DNA from: Macrostomum lignano
Taxonomy: Eukaryota
NCBI GenBank assembly: GCA_002269645.1
Contig: NIVC01000691.1
Span: 1 to 64,000 of the forward strand
Reading direction: 5' to 3'
DNA: 64,000 bases
Positions 20,601 through 33,449 of the stretch are shown piece after piece (position 1 is the first letter of the stretch; the number at the start of each line of letters is the position of its first letter). The translations under genes and the position numbers were made by a program. The notes under the pieces are model-generated. The model had not been told where the DNA came from and did not search any database. It was given only the letters and a program-made list of their open reading frames with translations.

Positions 20601-21496
20601 AAGGAGAAAGGTTAATGTTAGATGAACGAAACTCACTCTAAGGGGGCAAGCATAATCTAGATTAGCCAATAGGAGAGCAGTAAGGAGAGAGGTTAATGTT
20701 AGATAGACAAAACTTAGCCTAGCCTAGGCGAGAAACAGGCCTAAGCTAGCTCAACCAAGGGGACAGCAGTAAAAAGAGTGGTTAAAGTTAGACAGACAAA
20801 AACTAGGGGTAAGCCTGATCTAAATTAGCCAATTAAAAAACTTTTTAAAAGCTAAAAAGCATTTAAAACATTTTAATATATAATTTTTATAAAATTCAAT
20901 ATATATTAGTATAAATCTTTATTTGATAAGAATTTTTTACAAAGCAAAAAATATAATATAGGGAGTCACTTTTTGAGCATACTATGTAATATGAAACAAA
21001 TTTGAGAGTATGAGGTTTATATATGTTAACTTTTTTACTATAGTATAACTTAATATTTATTTTTATACATTTTTTAAACTTTAATAGAGATCTATGCAAT
21101 ATGAATCTTTAATTAGAAGATTAGCCTATGAAAGTATGAATATAAAAATCCATCTCCATAAGGAATTTCCCTATACTAAAAACCCCTGCTCCCTAGGCCC
21201 TATTCTCTATATCCCAACCAATACCAATGGCTAGTTCAAAGGTTGATTCAGGTTTATTTTAAGTTATATATTATATATTAGAAATAATAGTTCATATTAT
21301 TCAAGATCCTTAAAAACCCACAACACAACTCATAAAAGTATGATCCTATCAAAACTGTAATTTGCTATGCTATGCAGTTATACCAAAATGCAAAACTGGC
21401 CTAGGCCCTAACTGGCCTGGCTTAAGCATTAAATGATCTACAAGCCATTTAAAATATTGAGAATAGATAGTGGCCTAGGATTACCTGCATCTCCAT
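17614..21496 (-). CDS. TRIM-NHL-like protein (RING, B-box, coiled coil, NHL-like repeats)
   Basis: Exons 20290-18926 (acceptor TTTCAG|GAC, donor AAG|GTGAGT), 18740-18178 (TAG|GCC, CAG|GTGAGG) and 17755-17614 (CCGCAG|A, stop TAG) join in frame. C3HC4 RING: CGICLSEYTDPRALPCLHTFCASC...CPMC. B-box: CAECSNKPVAFCDCCSGALCLRHLNSH. Last exon is an NHL repeat: PGQVNCPLGLRFDAVSGCLYVCDFYNYRLQIF. The start exon 21496-21485 (ATG GAG ATG CAG|GTAAT, phase 0) is only a candidate. Confidence 0.82.
20399..20705. repeat. Tandem repeat, about 80-bp unit, about 4 copies, each with a CCAAT
   Basis: GGGGGCAGGCATAATCTAGCTTAGCCAATAGGAGAGCAGTAAGGAGA.AGGTTAATGTTAGATGAA.GAAACTCACTCTA. Confidence 0.92.
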
Positions 21497-22372
21497 GCTT
21501 ATAAGGCCTAATAGTCATATACTTTAGGCAGTGGAACCTAAACAGGCAGAATGTATATATAGGATAGGCTGAGGCTTAAAGTAGGGGCCTATGTGTTATG
21601 TTTTAACACATGTCAAATATCTTTGTGTTACTAATTAAATATCAATCCTACTGGCCTAATGTTGGAGCTATCGCTATTAGCTATCTGATATTGGGAAGGC
21701 AGTAATTCTGAAAGGATAATTTGTAAGTTAATTTTTCTCTTTGTACCTAAAGCAGGCTCTAGGCCTAAGATTTTTTGCATTCGGTCGGAATTTCGGAAAG
21801 AACAATTTATCACCAAATTAAATTTGCGCCATTGCTAATAATACGCAATTACCGTGTAAATTAGTGATTTATTTATTTATTTATTAAAGTGGTGCTATAT
21901 AATTTCGAAATTATGCCCTACAAATTCCATACTCCACTGCTGCCTCATTCATTTAGCGATATGTTTTAATTGGCTGTGGATTCTAATTAGTTTCGATTCA
22001 CTGTACAGTGAATACGTTTTTAATTGTTAGTCCTCAGATAAAAAAATATTTTGACTCAAGACTACATCCTGTAATCTTTATCTCATGTTGCTAATGCATT
22101 GCAGAAATAATCAGAGGCGTATTTACAATATAAAATGAGGAGGCGGATTTTAACTATAAGAGTGCATGGGGCGCCATAAAATAGACGAGAGGGGCGCCAT
22201 ATATGATTAGAGGGGCGCCGACGAGACGGGCGATAACACACAGTAGAATGGCACCATACTGAGCAGACTTAGGGTGGTGAGGACCTTTTTTGCCCAAAAG
22301 GAAAAAAGGGCGCCATCATCGCCAGCAATAAATTAAAGGGGGTGGCCGGCCCCCAGCTATCAGCCTCTGAAA

Positions 22373-22646
22373 AAATACTCCAACATTGAGCCGAAAGCGC
22401 TCGCCATATTTTAGACAGCCCATCCTCTCCGATCAGTATCTCGATCCTATGGTAGGAAGTTGAAGTTCACCATCGCCACTGATTACCAGCCATTGATACG
22501 TCTGTTTTGGCCAATCTCACAACATTTCGACAAATACATTAGCTCAAACCTTCCGATAGGCGCTAGCTAAGCCTGATGCATATCGACCACGAGATATACG
22601 CCAGGGACGTCAAATTAATTCCCCATCTCGATGCCCTCTCCTTGGC
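22373..22646 (+). mobile_element. Degenerate Ty3/gypsy pol fragment (RNase H)
   Basis: Broken frames read KYSNIEPKALAIF*, YGRKLKFTIATDYQPLIRLF and RR*LSLMHIDHEIYARDVKLIPHLDALS. These follow the order of the gypsy RNase H motifs YSxxERExLA, FxxxTDHxPL and RWxLxL...HADALS. Confidence 0.72.
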
Positions 22647-25274
22647 TTACAACTAGGGGGGTTTGGAAGCTCGAAAACCCCATGCAACCTACATGTACAT
22701 GTACGTGTCCCCAACCAACATTATGTACGTACCTGTAAACTAGGATGAATTGTGCTTGCATATAAAAGCTGCAAATGTATACGTAATGTTACATGTAATA
22801 ATATAAAGTACGACTACGCTCTATATTTGTCTTCAAAAGAGAATTTTTCTATACTTCTTGGCTGAGAAAAAAGTTTAAAATAAAGTTTACCTATGCCTGA
22901 ATCACTTGGTTTTTAGTTCATCAATTTGTAAAGCCAAGAATTACGTGCACATTATTTCGATAATAGCAATCATTTTTGGCGCCGAAGGCGCTGTATGTTG
23001 ACACATTGAAGCAAAATTACTGATTCCCACAATACGCCACTGTCGATTCCCGCGGCCCCATACATGTAGCTTTCCCCCAGCTGTCCCCCCCGGTGGTGAC
23101 GCCTCTAAATAACCTACTGTGGCAGGGCTAATAGAAAGTTGTCGTTATTACGTGAAGTTATTAATTACGAATATTTATTACTAACAGTTCACTGACTCAA
23201 AGGGTGTTACTAACTGAAAGCTCTTGCACATGCGAAAACGATTAGGTTAACGTATTTTGTGCCAGGAGGCCCACTAGTTGTTTTAATGCACTCATTCTGC
23301 GAGTATATAAATACCGTGCGCACCATTTCGAATCTGCGCTCGTTTTGCCGTTGGCCCTTTGCTCTTGCCTGAGTTGCAACTTAGCCCGGACTGTGTGCTC
23401 CGATAGTTATTGACTTGTAAGATCGGCCCAGTGTGCCTGTTAATCTAATAGTTCATGGCTAGTTATTAGCAAATGTCAAGTCTTGGTTGAGCGCTGCTCC
23501 TAAGTACTTATAGTTAGCTTAGCAAACTAAATCTTAGCTCTAACATACTGTGTTAGTAAGGACACAGGAGGCCGAGCTTATATTTGTGTTTTATTAATTA
23601 TTATTGTTAAGGTTGATTATTATTGTTTGCTGTTGCGTTAGTTTCCAACTTGCTAACTTATCGTTTAATAATTATTATTACAATTGCCAAGTTCATTAAG
23701 TTCTATTTATCCAGCTTGAGTGTTAGCTCTAATATTCAAATCTTCTTTGATAGCGGTTTTTGTCTCAGTCAATTTAATCATAGCTTCGATTGGTGGCAGC
23801 GACCTACCTTTCGTGACAATAATAATTTTGGGATTGAAACTGAATATCGATACATTGGGGAACGTAATTTATCAAGAAATTAGTGGCATTACTCTATCAG
23901 ACCATCTCAGGGTACCGCTCTTCGGCTGGTGCAAGATAAGCAGTATTGCCTTAGGCCACATATCTGAAAGCTACCATAAGTTAGGAATATTCGAGAACTC
24001 TTGTCACTCGGGAATAGAGGGAATAATCACTCTGCTCGCTAAGAGTTCGATACCAAGAGACCCGTCTGGACTAGGTCCGACGCTGAGTCATAGTAGTCTT
24101 AAAGTGCCAGTGAGTCAGAGTCTACTGGAGAACAAAGACGCTAGTAACCAAGAGGCCCGTAGGAGAAGTTCTATTTCCGCAACCAAGAGGCCCATAGGAA
24201 ATTAGAGGTCACTCGCGCCAAGAGGCCCGTCTGACTTCCTCGCTAGGTTTTTATGTTCGCTGTAGACTACTAGCCAGCAGTAGCCAGTTTAGCGTCGATA
24301 GTCAGTTCGTAGCTAAATTCATACTTAACATCGTGAAGTCGTTAGAAGTTCGAATCTTTTACAATTGGTGTTCCAGCGTTGGGAGTAGTAAAGCACATTT
24401 TACTAACGACGTCGTAAAACCGGCGACTTTTGACACCTTTTACACTACTACTCTTAGTAGAGATGCTATAGAATCTCTGTTAAATTTTCTATGAAAGATA
24501 CTTATAAAACGCCTGAAATGTTTTCGTGCTTTAGAAATTTGGCAAGTGCAGAAATAAAAATTTGTTTCTTTCAAACATGTTTTATTGAATAAATCCGCAT
24601 TTAGCCTTTTAAACTGGGTACATGCACATTGCACACACACCGGAAAATACCAACAAACAGATAATTAATAACGAAATGTACAGTTTTAAATTGATCGGGC
24701 TAACACAATTGCCTAGCACTATAAATATTTCTAGCTTATTATTTGTTTAAATTTTTGGTCTCGTAAAATCAAAATCAATTTGCGAGTACAATTGTAACTA
24801 ATGCATAACTCGGAAGCATGTGATCGTATACCTCGCATATATTATTGAATTCCCCATATGAGTACAAAATCATGCAGTCATTCTTCTTCTCGAGACTTTT
24901 TATTCAGATTCTGAAAGACGTGAAAAGAGCACCAAATAGGAAGTCTGCCCACATACACACGACTCAATATAACTACAAGTATGGGGCATACTAATCGCAT
25001 ATGTTGCATAAGCATCATGAAATATAACATGACGAGACGGCTGGTGCGGAAGAAGTGAAAAGCTGTGTAGGGGGCATGCGGCTTATTGATGTCGAAATGC
25101 CACAGGGCGCGCCGGCGCAAAAGAGAGACGAAGAAAAGGCTGCGGAGTGGGTGGGGGCGGCGGCATGGCGGCGGAGGCTGCAGCGAGCTGATGAAGTAAT
25201 AAGACTGATCAGGAGAGAAAGCCCAAGCGTATAATGAAAGCTGCCCGATTCTTCTGTGAGCACACTAGCGTCCA

Positions 25275-25800
25275 CTAACCTCTCTTCCCTGCCTCCCATC
25301 TCTCTCTTCCCTGCCTCCCATCTCTCTCTTCCCTGCCTCTCCTCTCTCTCTTCCCTGCCTCCCCCCTCTCTCTCCCCTATCTTCCCTCTCTCTCTTCCCT
25401 GCCTCCCCTCTCTCTTCCCTGCCTCCCCTCTCTCTCTTCCCTGTCTCCCCTCTCTCTCTTCCCTGTCTCCCCTCTCTCTCTTCCCTGCCTCCCCTCTCTC
25501 TCTCTCCCCTGTCTCCCCTCTCTCTCTTCCCTGCTTCCCCTCTCTCTCTTCCCTGCCTCCCCTCTCTCTCTCTCCCCTGTCTCCCCTCTCTCTCTTCCCT
25601 GCTTCCCCTCTCTCTCTTCCCTGTCTCCCCTCTCTCTCTTCCCTGCCTCCCCTCTCTCTCTCTCCCCTGTCTCCCCTCTCTCTTCCCTGCCTCTCCTCTC
25701 TCTTCCCTGCCTCTCCTCTCTCTCTTCCCTGCCTCCCCTCTCTCTCTTCCCTATCTCCCCTCTCTCTCTTCCCTGTCTCCTCTCTCTCTCTTTCATGTTT
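25275..25800. repeat. CT-rich minisatellite, about 22-bp unit
   Basis: CTCTCTCTCTTCCCTGCCTCCC variants. Confidence 0.92.
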
Positions 25801-28004
25801 TCCCCCTAAATCTCTTCCCAGCTGTCTACTCTCCCTCTTTTCTCTGTCTCCTCTCTTCATTTATCTTCTTCTTCCCTGTAGTGCCTCTTAGGAACTGTAA
25901 GATCAGACGCAAAAATGGAAATTTTGTCAAAGAAAATTTCGCGCACTCCTCGAACCATGCAGCCCTGTTAGGACTGTTATGGAACATTAATATCCAACGA
26001 ATAACAGTAATACATGCATTCAGTAATGTTTTTCTATTGTATAGAAAGTGCCCCAAAGTCCGGAAGGAAGCCATGGTCGCCACTCTTGTCGTATAGCCTT
26101 GAAAGTCCGATTGACTACTGTGTGGGCCAATCATGCGTGACGGCTCGTCGCATTCCTTTGAGAAATTTTCTCAGAACTCTTTCTCCCATCTACGCACTTT
26201 AATTTGGTCGGCAGCTTCATCTGGGCTACTCCGATTGAATCGACTAGAGCTTTCATAATAATATTTAGCAGCGCCAGTTCGCTATAAGATTAAACCTCAA
26301 ATCAATCGAAAGGAAAAAATCTTAAAAGTTCACGATCGTACTGCAGTATACAGTGCAGAGAGCTAGCCAATAGTTTCAATAATTTCCAAGGCAGTCGAAC
26401 GACTTTCCGACGTGCTTGACCGATAAGAACTCCAGCCAAATCCGGGATTATTCGGCACAAGCTGATTGGATTATCTTATTCTCTCTGTGCTTGTAAGATT
26501 AGCTTTGATCGTTTATTCTGTGTGCAAGACCAGATAATTTTTTATACACTTGAATGCAGTAAAAAACTTACAGAGATCTACCCGTTTAAAAGGACAGATA
26601 TATATTTTTCAATAGAAAACTCTCTAGCAAGCAGTACATGACAATGCATGCATCAATTAACTGCAGTTTTGTTCTGGAGTGTTTGCTGACGATGTTTGAC
26701 GATGTGTACGTGTTTTCATGTGATATTTTGTTTAAATGGCGTGTTTTCTGACGGAACTTTAATTGTTTATTTGAAATATCAGCTTATCAGTGTTTTGTTT
26801 AACTGTAGTCTCACCGGGTTGTTTTTTTCAGTGGAATTTCACTACCATGTTCTATGCATTTAGGACTATAATTAGGAGTCGGTGACATGCATATATTACC
26901 TTAATTGTAGCGCTGATCCATGTACCTGCACCTGTACAAAAGCTCACGGCTTCCAAAGTTTACTTTGAGACCAACGGTGTCCGAAAATGAGATTTATATT
27001 TTGAAATACAGCTCATTAATATATGCATGTATTAATAACATAAATGTACATAACATTAAAAATTAATGTATATTAATTCTCTTGCAAGCTAATTAAAATT
27101 GTTTAACAGTGCGTTAACACAATTACATTAACTGGAGCAGATTCTAACAAAGTACATTAATTGACCCGCCACCTGTTCCGATAAAATTTCCGGACAAAAA
27201 TTACAAACAAATTAAGCGCGAGTAGTTACTTTAGTAAACAAAAATATACCACAACTGCACCAAAAAATAGATACTAAAAATACAAGTGTTTCTTCATCAA
27301 CAAACTGGATCATTGCGACGAAGTTAGGGGGTGGCATGAAATACGATGTAAAACATCGAGTTACAAGCAAAATAGAAACTTTTGTTAATGCCGTTATATT
27401 TTTTACGTTAATTCAATTCGATTTTTTTCGCACTAGCTCTACAATTAATGTAAAAAGCGTTTTTTTAAATGAATAAAAGTTTTTATTTACAACACGAGCT
27501 AAACGTAAGTTATATGGAAATTCAATTTTAATAAATATGCCTTTTTGACAAGAACGGAACAAAGCAAAACAATTAATAGCAAAAACCTGCTGTCTAACGG
27601 AGAAGTTAAAAGCAGTGCAGTTAATTTGACAAAGTATTCAATAGTAGACCAATTGCTTACGAATAGCCGCGATTTACATGGAACTTTCAAAGTTTTAGAA
27701 ATTTAGTTGAAGGCTGGACTTTTAAAATATATTTTGGAATCTCGTTTGCACAGACGTTTTGCAAGTCAATGTATTCGCAGATGCCGACATGTATAAAGCT
27801 AGTTTTCCTTAATTCTTCGCAACTTGAATGAAGGTTATATTTCAGTTGACTGCCACAACTTGATAGTTGAGCCAACCAAGTTGGAAATTCCCTTTGGCAG
27901 CAGTCGATTTGGTCTTGCCAATAAGTCGGGATCGGAAGCCTGTCTGGGCCACTGGGAAGTCGATGTTTAAGCATGATTCAAGGGGCTCAAAAATTTAATA
28001 ATAG

Positions 28005-28460
28005 CTTTGCGCCCCCCTTTCCAGCAGGCTTGGCGCCCCCTTTCCAGCAGGCTTGGCGCCCCCCCCCCCTTTACAGCAGGCTTGGCGCCCCCCTTTCCAG
28101 CAAGCTTGGCGCCCCCTTTTCAGCAGGCTTGGCGCCCCCCCCCCTTTCCAGCAGGCTTGGCGCCCCCTTTCCAGCAGGCTTGGCGCCCCCTTTTCAGCAG
28201 GCTTGGCGCCCCCTCTCAAGCAGGCTTGGCGCCCCCCCCCTTTCCAGCAGGCTTGGCGCCCCCTTTCCAGCAGGCTTGGCGCCCCCTTTCCAGCAGGCTT
28301 GGCACCCCCCTTTCCAGCAGGCTTGGCGCCCCCCCCTTTCCAGCAGGCTTGGCGCCCCCTTTTCAGCATGCTTGGCGCCCCCCCCCTTTCCAGCAGGCTT
28401 GGCGCCCCTTTCCAGCAGGCTTGGCGCCCCCTTTCCAGCAGGCTTGGCGCCCCCCCCCAA
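28005..28460. repeat. GC-rich minisatellite, about 23-26-bp unit
   Basis: CAGCAGGCTTGGCGCCCCC(C)TTTC with a variable C-run. Confidence 0.93.
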
Positions 28461-30190
28461 AAATCATGGCTTATTTGTGCTGATGTCTATGGCCGTATTA
28501 GCTCGTATGAATTCGCTTCCTCTTCTATTCAGAACTTGGTTGGCTTAACCATCAAATCAAATGGGGTTTTACCAGAGACAATCTTGAGACGAGAAGTTAT
28601 AAGATCTATATAAGATATTGAGACTAGACATAAATTGTCTAGGATTTCGCTATTAGAATGGAATTAATTGTTGAAGAACGTCTCTTGAAGCCCTGAGGTC
28701 TAATTTATTAGATTCTGCTACACTTACAATCGGCTATAAATAAGCCCTTCCGGTTGCCTCCATCCGCATCAAGTCCAGTTTTTGGATTAGGGGCTTCACG
28801 GGGGAGCGAAGCCATTGCTGGGGGGGGGCGAAACAACTGCACCCCAAGGCCTCAAAGAGAAATGGATCACACAGGCATGGAGCTGGTATACAGAAACTCT
28901 GAGATGGGGACTGGGAAAAGTTATTTTTTTGGGAGTTGCCATTCTCCTGGCCCGCGTAGAGCTCTGGTTCAGCATAATTTGATTAGAGTGGTGGGCAGTT
29001 AAACTCTGTCCAGTGCTTCGGCAGAACTGCACTTTCCCTAGAGCTCAGCGAATACTCCAACTGAACTCGATGAGTCATCCGTAAGTTTTGCAACATGGTC
29101 AGGTTTTGTTTTTTTCTTAAGAAAGACACATTTTGCCTGTTGCGGTTTATTGTACTCAGAAGACTGCATGTGTACCCTGTCTCAGCTCATCTTGATTGGC
29201 CACTCGCTCTCAGTCCGATGGAACCCCTACCTCACTCCAAATTTGACCTTGAACAGGCCGACCAATCAGGGGCGATTAAAACAGAAAGAGAAGAACTTTT
29301 AGGCTCGAAAGGGAATGAGTGTACATTTCGTGTTGCTATTTTTAGAATAGGTCAAAATAAAGCCAGGAATGTTAGAAAGCAGAATAGCTTCACAAAGCGA
29401 TTTGCAACCAAGAGTAGTGTACATTCCTGACGATTAGAAAGTCAGGGCCGCTGTACAGCCTGTGTGAGCGTGTGTAATTCATAAGTGCGTGCCTGCATAA
29501 CAGAATTTCCGCGCTGGTATATGGCCAGGAGTCAGTGGAATGGGTAAAATGCATCAGCGCTGTCTCCGAAGTCGTTGCGATAGGGAGCCCACGGCCCTTC
29601 TAGCTCGTAGGAATGGAAGCTGCAAGACACTGGGGGCTGCCCTGTCTCTCCCCTACTAATTACGCCTTCGAAGGATGCATCGGAGCAGGGCACAGATTTT
29701 TAACGCCGAATCGGACACACAGGCTGCGGGTCTGAGATATGGGTAGGAAAATAAAGGCCTAGCAACAGTTATGGAAGCTGCTGCATGCTTCGCTGAGCTT
29801 AATCCCTTACTGTACCCCGCTATCTCCCTTTCTCTCTATTACAGGCAAAGGCAATCTTTTATAATTACGCATTATCTTGATGCATCTGGCATTCAATTTC
29901 AGTGTCCAGCCTTCTTAGGACTATCGGGTTGGACAATCCCTACGAGGTAAAAGCTTTTGTCCAACTGAGAAAATGAGACAGCCAACTCTGATCGTCCACT
30001 TTCATTGCACTAGGTTTTGTGATTTTTTCAAATTAACAAGAAACAGGAACTCGCCATAAGTATCTATGCGGAACTACATGTAGATCTATTGAGCTCAGTG
30101 GCTCACGGCAATACTGCTCTCGCACATCCTACCCATCCAACATGGGAGCATCAGCGCTAGAGTACTAGACTCAGGCCTGACTATCGTGGG

Positions 30191-30683
30191 TTACTTCTCT
30201 GCCTGGTCCGGTTCGATCTTGATCACCAGCACCAGATAGTAGAGCCAGTAGAAGCAGTTGTAGAGCAGGAAACAAGCTGGGAACAAAAATCGACTGTAGG
30301 CGTCAATGTCGGAGTCGGGTGCGGGCACCGGCGATGAGGCTGGTACGCCTTTGGCCATGCCTCCTCCGTCCTCGATGCTGACCGCCAGAAGGTCTTCAAG
30401 CTCCTCTGGGAAGCCGGGATATCCGCCGCCTCCCATCATCTGGTGGTGATGCGCGTTGACTCCGCCAGTTGTTCCCGTTGTCTGCGGCAACTGCAGCGGC
30501 GGGCCGCGGATGACAGCCAGCCGTTGCAGTTCGGAGCGAACCACGCAGCGAATCTCCTGCTGCCAGTTCTCGATTTTTGTGCGACGAGCTCGAAAGGAAG
30601 CGACAGCGAATTCGATTAGAGCTCCGATGACGAACATGATGCTTGCGATGATCCAGATGTCTATGGCTTTGATGTAGGCCACT
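30191..30683 (-). CDS. Constant exon C (M2-M3 linker, M3, intracellular loop, M4) of the Cys-loop channel locus
   Basis: The only M3-M4-encoding exon found in the window; starts in phase 2 after CACCCACCCACACGCAG. Confidence 0.9.
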
Positions 30684-33449
30684 CTGCGTGTGGGTGGGTG
30701 GGAGACCATGTCAAGGATGCTAAATACTTCATGTAGATACATATTTCCTTAAAAAACCTAATTAAGCACTAATTCCTTTCCTCTGCTAGTTGAAGCTTGA
30801 AGGGTTTTTGTAGCCTGTAGTTTTTTGAAAGTCGGGGGTTCGATTCCGGGTCGCACTGGAACAATTTTGTTCTCCAGCAAGACATCTAACTCTGCATTGC
30901 TTCAGTTCACCCAGCTGTAAAATGGGTGCCAGCATTAGCTGGGATGATTGAGGGTGTGTGACGACGGCCCCCAGTCCTTGGACTGAACAGCCGTACGCAG
31001 CCTTCAGATGCGCCGCGCAATAGCTGCGGCTGAGCTGTCGGTTGCACATCTGGCCCAATTGAGGGCAGGTGCTATCAGTTACTATTAATATCTGCAAGTC
31101 AGTTAGGAACTAATTGCTACGAGCATCTTGATTTGTCAGAACATCAACTGACATCCAGCATTGTAAAAGAGGGCGTGGTCTGTTTTTGTGTTGTATTCTC
31201 AGAAACCCAGTGTCATTCTAACGCTTAGTTTCGCAAGCATAAGATGAAGATGTTTGAGACGTTTGCCCAAGATGATGACTTTCTTTATTTACTTGAACAA
31301 ATGTACTTCTTTCCCGTTGTCCGGAATTCCTTCAGCTTGCCTCTCACTTGGCACTTCAAAGACGCCAGGGCTAACACTCAACAGAAGAAGTTCTGGCCCG
31401 GGGATTGCGGATATGGAAACTCCTTGGGCAGGGTGCAGACTTCCGGGCAAAAGATAGGGATAGACTAACGGACTAGTGCAAGGTGTCCCTGCTTCTCCTC
31501 TCCATCATATCTAGCCCATCCCCCTGAGATTCAGATGTATACCTAAGAGATGTCAAATAATGACTAATTATTCATTAGCAATGTTTTATTGGAAGATTGT
31601 TAACATTTTTTATTCAATCAAGTCTACAATCCCAGATGAATTTCGATTCCCACAGAAGCTAACGAGAGCTGTGCTGCAGTAGATGTAGATAAGAACCCTG
31701 TCTGGGGTCTGAATCTGCATAAATTTATAAATATATTTGCATCCTTGAGTCTCTACAGCCTCTCTGTCCCCGCCAGTCTCTCTTATCTCCTACAAAGCAC
31801 TTTCCGTCTGAGCAGTACAGAGACTAAAAACCTGTTTGCCGAGCACAAGCTCTTTGCATCAGCCAGACAGTCCGCATATAAACTTTACTGTCCCCAAAGC
31901 CCCTAAGCGTAAGTCCCTCATATTTGAGCGAGTTGGCAAGTAAAGCATGTTCGAAATCTCATTCAAGATGAAGGACTGCTGGGAGATAAAATTTAGATTT
32001 TCCCAGCTGTGAAATATAGGCTGCACCCTCCTCTAGCGAATTCCTTTAATCTATGAAGACCCGCAGAATCTGCAGGAAGCCAGGCTTCTACTCGGGTTGA
32101 AAATCTGTTTGAGCTGAGCAAGGCTAGATTTTAAGCCCGAAATGAGAAGTCTGCAAATTAGAGTCTTGCAAAGTTTCTTTGATCAGTGAGAGGCACGTCT
32201 GAGTCTTACTTTTTTGGGGGATCTTTTTCAGGCCGGGAAATTTGCTGTCTCCTCTGCTTTTTTGCCTCTCAGTCCTCCACTGAACTGATAAGAATTGCTT
32301 AGCGGTAAATCGTCTTTCAAACTGCACCATTTTCCATCTCTCTCTCCTCATCATCCGCTGTCTCCGCGCTCTCTTTTCTTATTAATGCGCCTTTCTCTTA
32401 TTCTGTGAAATTATTTTTTCTCAATTCTCCCCAAGCCTCAGAGTTCCCGCAGAATCCCGCCGCTCCCCAAGACCAGCGGCTGACCTTGGCAGACTGGCCA
32501 TCACGGTGGACGCCTGAGTCAGGATGCCCAGCAGAGTGAGCAGCCCCAGGGTCACCCTGGCTGGCACTGCCTCAATGCTGACCCAGAAGTTCAACCAGCT
32601 GACTGTGACGATGAGTATAGCGGGAATGTACGTGCCCGCCAGGTAGCTACTCAGCTGTCGCTCCAGTCTGAAGATGGCCATCAGGCAGGCGTAATTGCCA
32701 GTGCTGGTGGCGCTGCCTTCCGTGCAGTCCTTCACTTCAACGTATTTCGGCGTGTTGAACTCCGAGATCTGCATTTGGTCCATTTCTACGGCGCTTTTCA
32801 ACTTGTCCCGTTTCCACTTGAACAGCAGATTGCGAGTTGTGTACCCGTAGCTGCCGATGTTCATGAAGCAAGTCTGCGTGTCCATTGGGAACGTCTGCAG
32901 TTGCATCTGGCAGGAGAACTTCATGGTGATTTTCTGCGAGTACAAAATGCTTCCGTCCGGGTCCACCCTGATCAGGTAGTTGGGCTGGGTCATCTTGTGC
33001 AGGTAGCCCTCCTTGCCGTTGCGGAAAAACAGATCGGGTAACCAAAGGTGCTCCTTCTTAGCCGGGATTGCGATGGAGTCATTGTAGAAGCTGAACTCCC
33101 TCCTGGTGTCCCACTCCAGTCGGTGGTCCCGCCAGAATTGCCGCAGGTACATGTCGACGCTGAACTCCATATTGATGACGTCAACTTTGGTAATGCTGAG
33201 GATTTTCATGTTCACTTTGACTTCGGTTGGCGGCTCCACGGGTCGCTTAGAGCTGTCATACTCTGTCAGCGGCAGGTGGTGGGCAACGGGCCTCTGGTGC
33301 TTGTTGTAGTTCTCGAATATCGTATCCACGATGCGATCGACAATGTTCGTGTAGTTGTCAGGCCTTCTGATGGCGCTCGCTGGCTGAAGCAGTTGGACGC
33401 TGAGTGAAACGAGTTGAAAGACCACAAGGCAGAGACTGCGGACTCGCAT
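30191..33449 (-). CDS. Cys-loop ligand-gated chloride channel subunit (GlyR/GluCl-like), isoform V1+C, 485 aa
   Basis: Exon V1 33449-32485 encodes signal peptide MRVRSLCLVVFQL..., WLPDLFF, Cys-loop CQMQLQTFPMDTQTC, loop C, M1 and M2 PARVTLGLLTLLGILTQ; donor CCAAG|GTCAGC. Exon C 30683-30191 has acceptor ACGCAG|A and encodes VAYIKAIDIW (M3) and IDAYSRFLFPACFLLYNCFYW (M4). 965+493=1458 nt, in frame. The PAR motif indicates anion selectivity. Confidence 0.92.
30808..31061 (+). mobile_element. tRNA-derived SINE, second copy with deleted head, inside the channel intron
   Basis: B-box GGGTTCGATTCC at about 30837; the body is the reverse complement of 63181-63420. Confidence 0.75.

Noticed and set aside
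23623-24205. Overlapping plus-strand ORFs of 86 aa and 161 aa as a gene or viral insert
   Set aside because: No recognisable domain and AT-rich codon usage unlike the real exons; they lie in the putative LTR-like segment.
25015-25891. Long ORFs on both strands (281 aa RE-rich, 211 aa LSP-rich)
   Set aside because: They are translations of a CT-rich minisatellite.
27687-28760. ORFs in and around the GGCGCC minisatellite, and a possible decayed transposase
   Set aside because: The internal ORFs come from the repeat, and the flanking frames gave no motif I could identify.
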